Below are positions 19,124 through 27,757 of a DNA stretch of 64,000 nt, in pieces (position 1 is the first letter of the stretch; each line of letters opens with the position of its first letter). The position numbers were made by a program, and so were the translations under genes. Source of the DNA: an uncultured Bacteroidia bacterium (lineage in GTDB: Bacteria > CAIWAD01 > BS150m-G50); NCBI GenBank assembly GCA_964501185.1, contig CAZCRT010000003.1, forward strand, positions 24,752 through 88,751, given 5' to 3'. The notes under the pieces are model-generated. The model saw nothing but the letters and a program-made list of their open reading frames with translations. It did not search any database and was not told the DNA's origin.

Positions 19124-19714
19124 TTGTTCACAATTGCCAGGGTTAAGTACCATGGTGGCGGTGACTGGTACAGTGATCCCACTTCGCTTCCAAACCTTCT
19201 GCGGTTCATCCGGGATAACACGCCTCTGGCCACTGCTACAGAGGAAGCGGTTGTAGAGCTGACTGACAGCGAACTCTTCAGTTACCCCTATCTCTATCTG
19301 ACCGGTCATGGACGTATCACATTTTCCAGTGAGGAAGTTCTACGTCTGCGCGAATACCTGAGTGCTGGTGGGTTCCTGCATGCTGATGATAACTATGGCC
19401 TCGATAAGTACTTCCGCGATGAGATGAGTCGAGTTTTTCCGGAGCAGGAGTTTCAGGAGCTTCCTTTCGATCATCCGCTTTTTCACTCTCTTTACAGTTT
19501 CCCCGGCGGCTGCCCGAAAGTGCACGAGCATGATGGTAAGCCACCACAGGTACTGGGGCTTTTTCATGAGGGTCGACTCTGCGTTGTGTATACCTATGAA
19601 GCGGATCTCGGTGACGGGTGGGAAGATCCTGAAACGCATAATGATCCAGCCTCCATTCGCCAGCAGGCGTTACGCATGGGCACTAACATTGTCTACTGGA
19701 GATTAAGCAATTGA
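19124..19714 (+). CDS. DUF4159 domain-containing protein
   Basis: ...VKYHGGGDWYSDPTSLPNLLRFI... matches my recollection of DUF4159 proteins, which sit in BatA/MoxR-type loci of FCB bacteria. The ORF-track start is TTG at 19124. The upstream in-frame sequence encodes a hydrophobic, signal-like stretch with no canonical start codon, so the true start is uncertain. Confidence 0.65.
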   Translation: MFTIARVKYHGGGDWYSDPTSLPNLLRFIRDNTPLATATEEAVVELTDSELFSYPYLYLTGHGRITFSSEEVLRLREYLSAGGFLHADDNYGLDKYFRDEMSRVFPEQEFQELPFDHPLFHSLYSFPGGCPKVHEHDGKPPQVLGLFHEGRLCVVYTYEADLGDGWEDPETHNDPASIRQQALRMGTNIVYWRLSN

Positions 19715-22700
19715 AGGTTGACCACCAGTACCGTGATGCAATCGCCCTGTTAGCTGGCTTCCGCAGGCAGCGTCATGTTGCGGGCCTGCAGGTCTGGCTT
19801 CTGGTTACTCTGACCTTTCTGCTTTTTCTGACAACCAGCCTGGTTTTACTGGAACGGATATCTCCCGGTACAATGGCTTCTCGTCATCTGTTCCTGCTTC
19901 TGATCAGCTACAGCTGGCTGGGAGGGGCGGCTCTACTGATTGGACGGGTGCTGTTTCTATTTACAATCCGGCGTCACAACCCTTCAGATCTGAAACTGGC
20001 TCAAGAACTGGGCATACGGGATAAGAACGTTCGCGACAGGTTGCTCAACGCTCTACAGCTGCACTCTTCCGCCGAATCTCACCAACTCTACTCCGCTGAT
20101 CTGATTGATCAGGCTTTAATCAGAATAGTCCCGGAGCTTCCACGTGATACAAAGAAACTGATTTCCCGTCGCAGGCATAAACAGGGTGGCAGACTGTTGT
20201 TGCTTGTAGTAGCGCTGCAACTGCTACTGGTGCTGCTGCAGGGGACACCAATACTGAGCGCATTCGATCGACTGGTTCATTACAGAACCGTTTTCGTTGA
20301 CCCCGATCTGATAACTATTACTCTCGCCCCTGGTGATACAACCCTCATCCGCGGAGATAACCTGCTGATTGAGGCTTTCCCGGCAGGAACAGTTATACCG
20401 GAGGAGCTGGAGTTGACCCTGACCAGAGACGGGCAGCAGTTTCTCTATCCGCTTCGCAAAGGAGGCCAGGGCTTCTCGCTGCTGCTGGAACGAATAAACG
20501 CTCCGTTTATGTATCATGTCAGTGGAGAGCGCCTGCTATCTGACAGCGGTCATGTCAAACTGCTGGATCTCCCGGTAATCACCGATTTTCAGGCCAATCT
20601 TACTTATCCCGCCTACACCGGTTTGCTGCCGCTTCAGCTGGAACACAATATTGGCAGTTTCAGTGCTGTTTTCAGCACCTCCGTGGCTTTCACGCTGAAG
20701 ACCTCACAAGAGGCTGATGTGCAACTGGTGCTGGATAATGGTGAAGCCATTGAAATGACACCTGGTGACAGCTGTTATCAGGCACAACTTGTTGTACGGG
20801 AAGACCGGAGCTACCATTTCCATCTTGTTGATCAGAACGGTCTTTCCAATAGCGATCCTATCGTGTGGCACATCACTGCGGTTGAAGACAGTCATCCATT
20901 ATTGAACCTGTCTTTTCCCCGCGATGGCGATCAGGTGACAAAAGATGTTCAGTTTCTTGGCAGTGGCGTTGATGATTATGGTATCACACGTTTCCAGCTG
21001 CGTTACAGACTTGTCCCACCGTTTCTGCAGGCAGAATACGCTGACTTCAACCTGACGGATGCTACTGCTGAAGAGCTGGCACAATGGGATCGTCTGGAGT
21101 TGCCTTTTGAAAAACTGGATGTCGGGGAGGCGCTGCTGGATTACACCTGGAACCTGGGGAAGACCAACGCGCTGCCTGAAGATGAAATCCTGCTTTTTGT
21201 GATACTATGGGACAATGATACAGTTTCCGGCCCCAAGTGGACACGCTCACCACTTCTGCGCCTTAACCTGCCCGGAACTGCCGCGCTGTACGACGCTGTA
21301 CAATCCAGTGAGGAAGCGGAACTGGAGCGGACCAGGGATATTATTGAACGTTCTCGTGAGAACCTGGAGCAGCTGGAACAGATGGTAACCGAGTTGCAGG
21401 TTGATCCGGAGCAGATGAACTGGGAAATGCAGCGACAGATTGAGAGCATCGCCCGGGAACAACTCGAGATGGCAGAAAGCGCTGCTGCCATGCAGGAGAA
21501 CCTGGAACAGCTGCAGCAATCGCTTGAGGAAAACCAGCTCTTCAGTGACGAGGTGATTGAGAAAATGCAGCAGCTCAGCGAACTGTTGCAGGAGCTGATG
21601 ACCGAAGAGATGAAGTCTCTGCTGGAGCAGTTGCAGGAGGGTAATGAACCAACCCCGGAGGAGTTACAGGCCGCCATGGAGCAGGCCAAACAGGAGCTGG
21701 ATGCCTTCCTGGAACAGATGGAGAGATTGCTCTCCATACTGGAACAGCTACAGATGGAGCAGAAGCTGGAGGAGTTGGCCCGCCTGGCCGAGGAGCTGCG
21801 ACAACAGCAGGAAGAACTCAACGAACAGGCTGCCTCCGACTCACCTCCTGACGACCTGTCAGAGCAGCAGGAGAAACTGGCTGCTGCGACAGAGGAGTTG
21901 AATAAGGAGATACAACAGGCAAAGGAGGAGTTTGGAGAAAACCCGCACTTCCCCGCCGAGCAGATGGATGCTGCCTCCGATTTCATGGAAGAGCAGGCTC
22001 TCGCTGAGCAGATGATGGCCAACGCCGGGCAACTGGAGATCGATCCATCACAATCACAACCTGCCGGGGAGAATATTGCCGGTGATCTGGGGCAGCTGCA
22101 GCAAATGCTTCAGGACGCAAGTGATATGGCCGGTCAGAACGCAATGGCAGAGCTGAATGATGCAATTGATCGTGTAATACACCGACTGCTGATCATCTCG
22201 GAACTGTTTGAAGTACAGAGGGATGATGTGACAGGACTGCGGCCGGAAAATGCAAGTTTTGGCCGTTGTGCCTTTCAGCAACTCTCACTGACTCGCGCCT
22301 TACTGATATCGATAGAAGATGTTTCTGATCTGATGATGGAGAGTTTTTTCATCTCCCGTTCTGTGCTGACATACCTCCAGAAAGCTGCTGCAAAATCTGA
22401 ATTGAGTATTCAGGATTTCGAGGAAAGACGTATGCACTCCCTTGCGGGAAACGAGGAACAGATCATGGGGTTTGTTAACCGGGCAATTTACTTACTCATG
22501 CAGGACCAGGAGAGTATGAACGCCTCTTCCTCATCAACAGGTTTTGAGGAAATGATGGAGCAGCTGATGCAGTGCTCTTCCGATCAACAGAGCCTCAACT
22601 CACAATGTAATAAGCTCTTATCAGCTCAGCAGGGAACCTGCCAGAAACCGATGGGTGTTACCCTCTCCGATATGGCGAGCGAACAGGCGAGATTACGGCA

Positions 22701-23127
22701 GCAGATGGAACAGCTGGCTCAACAGGTAAGCGAAATGCCCGGTGGCCGAAAACCCATGGGCGATCTGGGCGAGATTGCCCGGCAGATGCAGGAGGTTGAA
22801 GAGCAGCTGCAGGATAGTCAACTCACGGAACGCACTCTGAAGCTGCAGGAACGGATACTGAATCAGCTGCTTGATTCGCAGCGTTCCATAAGGGAAAGAG
22901 AACGAAGCCAGGAGCGGGAATCGAGAACCGCTACACTGATCGAGCGCAGCTCCCCGGAAGAACTGATGCTTGAGATGTCAGCGGATGCGCTGCGCCAGGA
23001 AATGATTCGCGCCCTGCGCGAGGGTTATTCCCGCGAGTATCTGGAGTTGATACGTGACTATTATCAGCACCTTATGATGCTGGAAGAGAACACCAGAGAA
23101 ACCCGGAGCATAGAAGAAACCCCTTAA
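19711..23127 (+). CDS. large double-TM-anchored coiled-coil protein (DUF4175-like)
   Basis: 1138 aa. Two N-terminal TM helices, a ~450-aa beta-rich region, then a ~450-aa E/Q/L/M-rich low-complexity coiled coil (EQLEQMVTELQ..., LEQLQQSLEENQL...). TTG start overlaps the DUF4159 stop (TTGA), suggesting translational coupling. DUF4175 assignment is from memory of the DUF4159-DUF4175 gene pairing. Confidence 0.6.
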   Translation: MKVDHQYRDAIALLAGFRRQRHVAGLQVWLLVTLTFLLFLTTSLVLLERISPGTMASRHLFLLLISYSWLGGAALLIGRVLFLFTIRRHNPSDLKLAQELGIRDKNVRDRLLNALQLHSSAESHQLYSADLIDQALIRIVPELPRDTKKLISRRRHKQGGRLLLLVVALQLLLVLLQGTPILSAFDRLVHYRTVFVDPDLITITLAPGDTTLIRGDNLLIEAFPAGTVIPEELELTLTRDGQQFLYPLRKGGQGFSLLLERINAPFMYHVSGERLLSDSGHVKLLDLPVITDFQANLTYPAYTGLLPLQLEHNIGSFSAVFSTSVAFTLKTSQEADVQLVLDNGEAIEMTPGDSCYQAQLVVREDRSYHFHLVDQNGLSNSDPIVWHITAVEDSHPLLNLSFPRDGDQVTKDVQFLGSGVDDYGITRFQLRYRLVPPFLQAEYADFNLTDATAEELAQWDRLELPFEKLDVGEALLDYTWNLGKTNALPEDEILLFVILWDNDTVSGPKWTRSPLLRLNLPGTAALYDAVQSSEEAELERTRDIIERSRENLEQLEQMVTELQVDPEQMNWEMQRQIESIAREQLEMAESAAAMQENLEQLQQSLEENQLFSDEVIEKMQQLSELLQELMTEEMKSLLEQLQEGNEPTPEELQAAMEQAKQELDAFLEQMERLLSILEQLQMEQKLEELARLAEELRQQQEELNEQAASDSPPDDLSEQQEKLAAATEELNKEIQQAKEEFGENPHFPAEQMDAASDFMEEQALAEQMMANAGQLEIDPSQSQPAGENIAGDLGQLQQMLQDASDMAGQNAMAELNDAIDRVIHRLLIISELFEVQRDDVTGLRPENASFGRCAFQQLSLTRALLISIEDVSDLMMESFFISRSVLTYLQKAAAKSELSIQDFEERRMHSLAGNEEQIMGFVNRAIYLLMQDQESMNASSSSTGFEEMMEQLMQCSSDQQSLNSQCNKLLSAQQGTCQKPMGVTLSDMASEQARLRQQMEQLAQQVSEMPGGRKPMGDLGEIARQMQEVEEQLQDSQLTERTLKLQERILNQLLDSQRSIRERERSQERESRTATLIERSSPEELMLEMSADALRQEMIRALREGYSREYLELIRDYYQHLMMLEENTRETRSIEETP

Positions 23128-23176
23128 TCTGAGATCACATCATCCAGATACCGCAACATATGAGAAACCATCACCC

Positions 23177-24925
23177 TTACTTAACCAGTAACATTTTGCG
23201 ACAGTCAGAAATCTGGCCTGCATGTATTACAACCAGGTAAAGCCCACCGGGAAGATCACCGCCGTCAAACTGTACTGACCGCCCGCCTGCAGCCTGCCAT
23301 CCGTCAACGAGTGTGACAATCCTTTCCCCGACGAGGTTATAAACCTCCAGCCGGACAGTTGCGGGTATCGTCAGTGAATAACTGATGGTGGTCACCGGAT
23401 TAAAAGGATTAGGGTAGTTCTGATTGAGTGTGAATTCCTGTGGCTGGCTGGGGGTATTTCCGGCTGATTCCGGCGCCAGGGAACCGTCCCAGTACACGCG
23501 TTGGGCGTAGATATCACGGTTGGTCTGGTCCCAGTTACGTTCATCAACCCAGGTTATAATAGCACCTCCATCCCCATCCGTTACCAGTTCGGGAACATCG
23601 GAATCGGAGAGCTGGTTGCTGATGGCAATAGCAGCACCCTGCTCCTCCCACATCAGTACAACAATTTCTCCAGTGCGGCAGACACGCTGCGCATAGATAT
23701 CTTTCTGGCCGGAGCGTTCATCATACCAGGTGATCACTGCACCACATACACCATCGCTGCAGATAGCGGGGTGTTTCTGTTCATGTTCCTCTGTGCAGAC
23801 GGCCAGTTCGTCAGCTCCCCAGAGAGGGATGCCATCAGGATTCAGATGCTGAGCATAAATATCCCAGTCAGTAGTTTCGTAGTTACGGGCATCATACCAG
23901 GTGACCATAACACCACCACTTTCGTCAGCAGCAACCTCGTAGTAAGTTTGTGAGTTAATCGCATCGGTGACGGCAATACCGTCTACTGCCCAGAGCGGAA
24001 CACCTGTTGCGTCCAGACGCTGCGCGTAAATATCAAACCAGGTCTCGTCGATATTGCGTGGATCCTGCCAGACAATAATTGCACCTCCCGCCCCATCGGT
24101 AACGATCAGTGGTTGATTCTGCGCTTCGTCAGCACTACACACTGCAACTCCATCCGCTGTCCAGAGCGGGACACCATCAGCTGAAAGTCGTTGTGCGTAA
24201 ATATCTGTATCAGTGCCATATCTTTCGTCGGACCATGTGACAATTACGCCACCTGCGCCGTCACTGACAGCCTGGGCAAATCTCTGTGTATGTGATTCGG
24301 TACAGACACTCACGCCGTTGGAAGTCCATTGTGGCACACCGGAAGCATTCACATGCTGAGCGAAGAGATCGCGCTGGTAGCCATCCAGACGCCAGTCCTC
24401 CCATATGAAAAAGGCGCCACCGGCCCCGTCTGCGGAGATACAAACCATCTCCTGCTCGGCTGCTGCCGTACAGATAACCAGTCCGTCATCCCCCCAGAGT
24501 GCGTTACCGTCATCACTTTGTGAGCGCTGGGCATAAACGTCCCAATGAGTATCTTCGAAGTTGCGACGATCCCCCCAGGCTGTGATAACTCCGCCCGCGC
24601 CATCCGCGATTGCAACCGGATAGATCTGATCATGCCCCCCGGGTGCCAGCTCCACACCTCCTTCGAGCCACTGCAGGGATCCCTCAGCGGTAACCAGCTG
24701 GCCATAGGTACTATTGTAGCTGACGGCGCGTGCATCAGACCAGATGATGATCGCCCCCCCGTTGCCGGTGCTGACGATTCTCTGATCCAGTTGTCCCTGT
24801 TCTTCGGTACAGACGGGCAGGTTCACTGTTGGATCGTCAGGCCATTGCGCCAGAGCAATGTTTATGCTCCCTGAAAGCGCTGTCAGTATTATCAGGCCTG
24901 TAGAAATAGTCCCTTTCTGTCGCAT
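23177..24925 (-). CDS. secreted tandem-repeat (beta-propeller-like) protein with T9SS C-terminal sorting domain
   Basis: Signal peptide MRQKGTISTGLIILTALSGSINIALAQ. About nine ~52-aa repeats with consensus DGAGGAIIVWxDxR...DIYAQRL..xGxPLW..xGVAVC. C-terminus ...NYPNPFNPVTTISYSL...VRLEVYNLVGERIVTLVD...GGLYLVVIHAGQ...KMLLVK is a canonical Por/T9SS CTD. Confidence 0.8.
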   Translation of the reverse strand: MRQKGTISTGLIILTALSGSINIALAQWPDDPTVNLPVCTEEQGQLDQRIVSTGNGGAIIIWSDARAVSYNSTYGQLVTAEGSLQWLEGGVELAPGGHDQIYPVAIADGAGGVITAWGDRRNFEDTHWDVYAQRSQSDDGNALWGDDGLVICTAAAEQEMVCISADGAGGAFFIWEDWRLDGYQRDLFAQHVNASGVPQWTSNGVSVCTESHTQRFAQAVSDGAGGVIVTWSDERYGTDTDIYAQRLSADGVPLWTADGVAVCSADEAQNQPLIVTDGAGGAIIVWQDPRNIDETWFDIYAQRLDATGVPLWAVDGIAVTDAINSQTYYEVAADESGGVMVTWYDARNYETTDWDIYAQHLNPDGIPLWGADELAVCTEEHEQKHPAICSDGVCGAVITWYDERSGQKDIYAQRVCRTGEIVVLMWEEQGAAIAISNQLSDSDVPELVTDGDGGAIITWVDERNWDQTNRDIYAQRVYWDGSLAPESAGNTPSQPQEFTLNQNYPNPFNPVTTISYSLTIPATVRLEVYNLVGERIVTLVDGWQAAGGRSVQFDGGDLPGGLYLVVIHAGQISDCRKMLLVK

Positions 24926-24946
24926 GATTCCCCCGTAGTTGAAAGT

Positions 24947-24976
24947 TTGACATACCATAAGATATTCTGGTAAAAT
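24947..24976 (+). promoter_or_regulatory. sigma70-type promoter (TTGACA-N18-TAAAAT) for the DegT/lipoprotein transcription unit
   Basis: Near-consensus -35 TTGACA at 24947-24952 and -10 TAAAAT at 24971-24976. Leaves a ~235-nt leader before the DegT ATG. Confidence 0.5.
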
Positions 24977-24998
24977 CATCAATACTCAGAGATGATAC

Positions 24999-25025
24999 AG
25001 ATCACATAACAGGTGATCTCTTTTT
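24999..25025 (+). terminator. intrinsic-terminator-like hairpin with U-tract inside the 5' leader (candidate attenuator)
   Basis: AGATCAC-ATAACAG-GTGATCT (perfect 7-bp stem) followed by CTTTTT, ~20 nt downstream of the predicted -10. Confidence 0.4.
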
Positions 25026-25044
25026 ACCGGAAGGGGGAGAGTTA

Positions 25045-25086
25045 ATGATCGTTTTACTCTCAAAATGCTGCATAATTACGCCGTAA
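25045..25086 (+). promoter_or_regulatory. 13-codon leader ORF (MIVLLSKCCIITP) with very strong SD
   Basis: AAGGGGGAG at 25031-25039, spacing ~5 nt to ATG 25045; stop TAA 25084-25086. Sits between the attenuator-like hairpin and DegT. Confidence 0.35.
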
Positions 25087-25216
25087 GCACCCGCTGACAG
25101 ACCTCTCGTGAATTCCCCCTTGCATTTCAAAAAGCCTGCAATGATATTTCATGCACTCATATTCAGGGGTGGCCCATACAGCGGTCACCAGACAGTCAAC
25201 AAACTCGGAGTACGCA

Positions 25217-26329
25217 ATGCAGGTTCCATTTATAGACTTAAAAGCACCCTATAACGCTCAGAAAAATGAGATCGATGCAGCCTTACAGGACATCCTCACT
25301 AATACCGCATTTATCGGTGGCCCCAGAATTGAGGCTTTTGAGAAGAATTTTGCCGATTTCATCGGCACCAGCAGTTGTGTAGCTGTGTCAAACGGCACGG
25401 AAGCGCTCTTTGCCACCCTCAAAGTCCTCGGGATTGGCGCCGGTGATGAAGTTATAATTCCGGCCAACACTTTCATTGCAACAGCTGAAGCGGTCAGTCA
25501 TTGCGGCGCCATCCCGGTTTTCGTGGATGCGTCAGAAGCGGATTATCAGATCGATGTATCACAAATCGAAAGCAGAATAACCAATAAAACCCGCGCGCTG
25601 CTGCCGGTGCATCTCTTCGGTCATCCTGCAAATATGCCGGCTATTCTGGAAACTGCCAGGGACAAGAATCTCTTTGTTGTTGAGGACGCAGCTCAGGCAC
25701 ATGGTGCTCTTATTGGAGATCGCACTGTTGGCACCTTCGGTCTGGCAGCCTGCTACAGCTTCTATCCAGCCAAGAACCTCGGAGCCTTTGGTGACGCTGG
25801 TGCCGTGGTTACCAATCACCGCGATCTTGAAGAGCAACTGCGTGTATTCATCAACCATGGTCGTCACCCTGAAATGGGACACGCTATGATCGGGACCAAC
25901 GCACGCATGGTTGCAATGCAGGCCATGGTACTGGATCTGAAACTGAAACGCCTGCAGGAAGCAAATGATAAGCGCCGGGCAAACGCTGCTGTATACAACG
26001 AGCTGTTCGCTGCTTCCTCTGTTGCCGATCGCATTGTGACACCACCTGAACGGGATGAAGTCACTGCGGTATACCATCTATATGTGATACAAACCGAGAA
26101 GCGTGATGAACTGAGGGCGTTCCTCGGTGAAAACGGCATCGGTGCCGGTATCCATTATGACCAGGCTGTTCCTTTCACTCGCGCTTACGAGCATCTTGGT
26201 TATACAGCTGAAGACTGCCCGGTAGCACACCGTCTGCAGGATCGTATTCTCAGCCTGCCGATGTTCCCTGAACTGAAACAGGAGCAGATGGAATATGTTG
26301 TTGCAACTATTGAGAAGTTCTTCGCGTAA
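25217..26329 (+). CDS. DegT/DnrJ/EryC1/StrS family PLP-dependent sugar aminotransferase (WbpE-like)
   Basis: MQVPFIDLKAPYNAQKNEIDAAL...IGGPRIEAFEKNFADF...AVSNGTEALFATL..., PLP-lysine region ...SFYPAKNLGAFGDAGAV. Start at 25217 with GGAG RBS; the ORF-track start 25151 is less likely. Confidence 0.85.
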   Translation: MQVPFIDLKAPYNAQKNEIDAALQDILTNTAFIGGPRIEAFEKNFADFIGTSSCVAVSNGTEALFATLKVLGIGAGDEVIIPANTFIATAEAVSHCGAIPVFVDASEADYQIDVSQIESRITNKTRALLPVHLFGHPANMPAILETARDKNLFVVEDAAQAHGALIGDRTVGTFGLAACYSFYPAKNLGAFGDAGAVVTNHRDLEEQLRVFINHGRHPEMGHAMIGTNARMVAMQAMVLDLKLKRLQEANDKRRANAAVYNELFAASSVADRIVTPPERDEVTAVYHLYVIQTEKRDELRAFLGENGIGAGIHYDQAVPFTRAYEHLGYTAEDCPVAHRLQDRILSLPMFPELKQEQMEYVVATIEKFFA

Positions 26330-26377
26330 CAGCTGTGAGGTGTGGTGGTACTGTGAAGTAACCTCCAGGTAATTCTT

Positions 26378-27721
26378 ATGGATTATCTCTATCGCATTAT
26401 GCTTGTGCAGCTGCTTTTTCTGGCTGCATGCGTTCCTGCCGAGGAAGACAGGCAGCAGATCATTGAAGGCACTCTGGCCTTCAATCAGGGGGACAGCGCC
26501 AACGGGATAACTGTAGCGCTTTTCCCCGATCCCTCTTTTACCGCCCTGGGAATCGATTCAGTCCAGATTCCCTTCACACTTTCAACTGCCACACAGATAA
26601 CTCTCGCCAGTGTCATGGATGTTCCTCTGGTAGAAACCACCACCACTGCGGACGGCGGTTTTCAGCTGGAGCTTCCCGGGGATATGGAGGGGTCACTCTG
26701 TATCTATGACGCGGATTACATTTATACAATTCTCGACGCGGCTGATCTGCCCGACCTCGATCCATTGCTGCTGAATGCCGGACAAACACTGTCCGGGACC
26801 TACGACACTGCTGTAGTAGTACAGGTTGATATCCCGACATGTCTTTCCGGTGATGTGGTGTTCAGTGCAGCCTCATCGTTGACACTGGAACCAGGGGCTC
26901 GCCTCACTTTCTCCGGGAATTCAGATCTCCGAGTAGAGTGTGAGTTGATCGCAGACGGCTCGGAAACAGCTCCCATATGCCTGCAGGCTCATCCTCTGGC
27001 AACAGACCCCGCCCTGACCTTTACCCTTTTTTCCGAATCATCCGTCAACATGAGTAATCTTGTCGCTGCCGGACCGGTTCACCTTTCCTCACAGCTGCAC
27101 CCGTTGCACCTGAATTCAGCACTCTTCTTTGATACGGATGGTATTGCTGTCAACCAGTCACTACTGACTGATACGCTTTTCATTGAAAACTGTATCTTCC
27201 TCGACTGTGGTACCGGAATTAAACTGTCAGATTCGGGTCTCGCCATGATACAGAACAGCGCCTTTCTGCATTGTGAAAGAGCTGTTCACTGGAATTCCAG
27301 CCAGGGAGCGGTCAGGGAAAGTCATTTTTTCCGGGACTCGCTGGGGATACTGTTTGAGGGCTCTGCTACCGGCACTATTGAACAGAATCACTTCCAGTTC
27401 TGCCGGGAGGATATATCCCTTTACTGTACTCTCTTCCCTGAAATCAGCTACAATGAAAGCCGCAACTCCCGTGATACGTTTCTGTTCATCCGTGGTGGGG
27501 CCCGGCCCACAGTTCGTTTCAACAACATCTTAGCCCCGGAAGATTATCTGGTATACATTTACACCGCTTCTTCAGTAGAAGGCAGGGTTCAGGCACAGGA
27601 AAACTTCTGGGAATACTCTGATTCGCTGCTCATCGAGGAGCACATTCGTGATTCTCTCGATCAGCAGGATTTACTGCGTGTTGATGTTTCTGGATTTCTC
27701 TACTCGCCGGTGGGGATGTAG
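26378..27721 (+). CDS. lipoprotein of unknown function (possible parallel beta-helix fold)
   Basis: Lipobox LAAC at residues 15-18. No recognisable catalytic motifs. Confidence 0.5.
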   Translation: MDYLYRIMLVQLLFLAACVPAEEDRQQIIEGTLAFNQGDSANGITVALFPDPSFTALGIDSVQIPFTLSTATQITLASVMDVPLVETTTTADGGFQLELPGDMEGSLCIYDADYIYTILDAADLPDLDPLLLNAGQTLSGTYDTAVVVQVDIPTCLSGDVVFSAASSLTLEPGARLTFSGNSDLRVECELIADGSETAPICLQAHPLATDPALTFTLFSESSVNMSNLVAAGPVHLSSQLHPLHLNSALFFDTDGIAVNQSLLTDTLFIENCIFLDCGTGIKLSDSGLAMIQNSAFLHCERAVHWNSSQGAVRESHFFRDSLGILFEGSATGTIEQNHFQFCREDISLYCTLFPEISYNESRNSRDTFLFIRGGARPTVRFNNILAPEDYLVYIYTASSVEGRVQAQENFWEYSDSLLIEEHIRDSLDQQDLLRVDVSGFLYSPVGM

Positions 27722-27757
27722 TTTACAGCAGAGTAACCGGTTGACCGCACTTACACA

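Noticed and set aside
19030-19330. Identical 14-mer ACGTATCACATTTT at ~19034 and ~19314
   Set aside because: Both encode R-I-T-F in frame (end of the nucleotidase gene; GHGRITF in DUF4159). This is most likely a codon-level coincidence amplified by the over-represented GTATCAC word, not a repeat element.
21141-22022. 293-aa Ser/Cys-rich ORF antisense to the coiled-coil gene
   Set aside because: It is a low-complexity mirror of the GAG/CAG-rich (E/Q) sense strand, with no start context. Other antisense ORFs inside glgA, GH57, the repeat protein (57645-58331, His/Arg-rich) and elsewhere are rejected on the same grounds.
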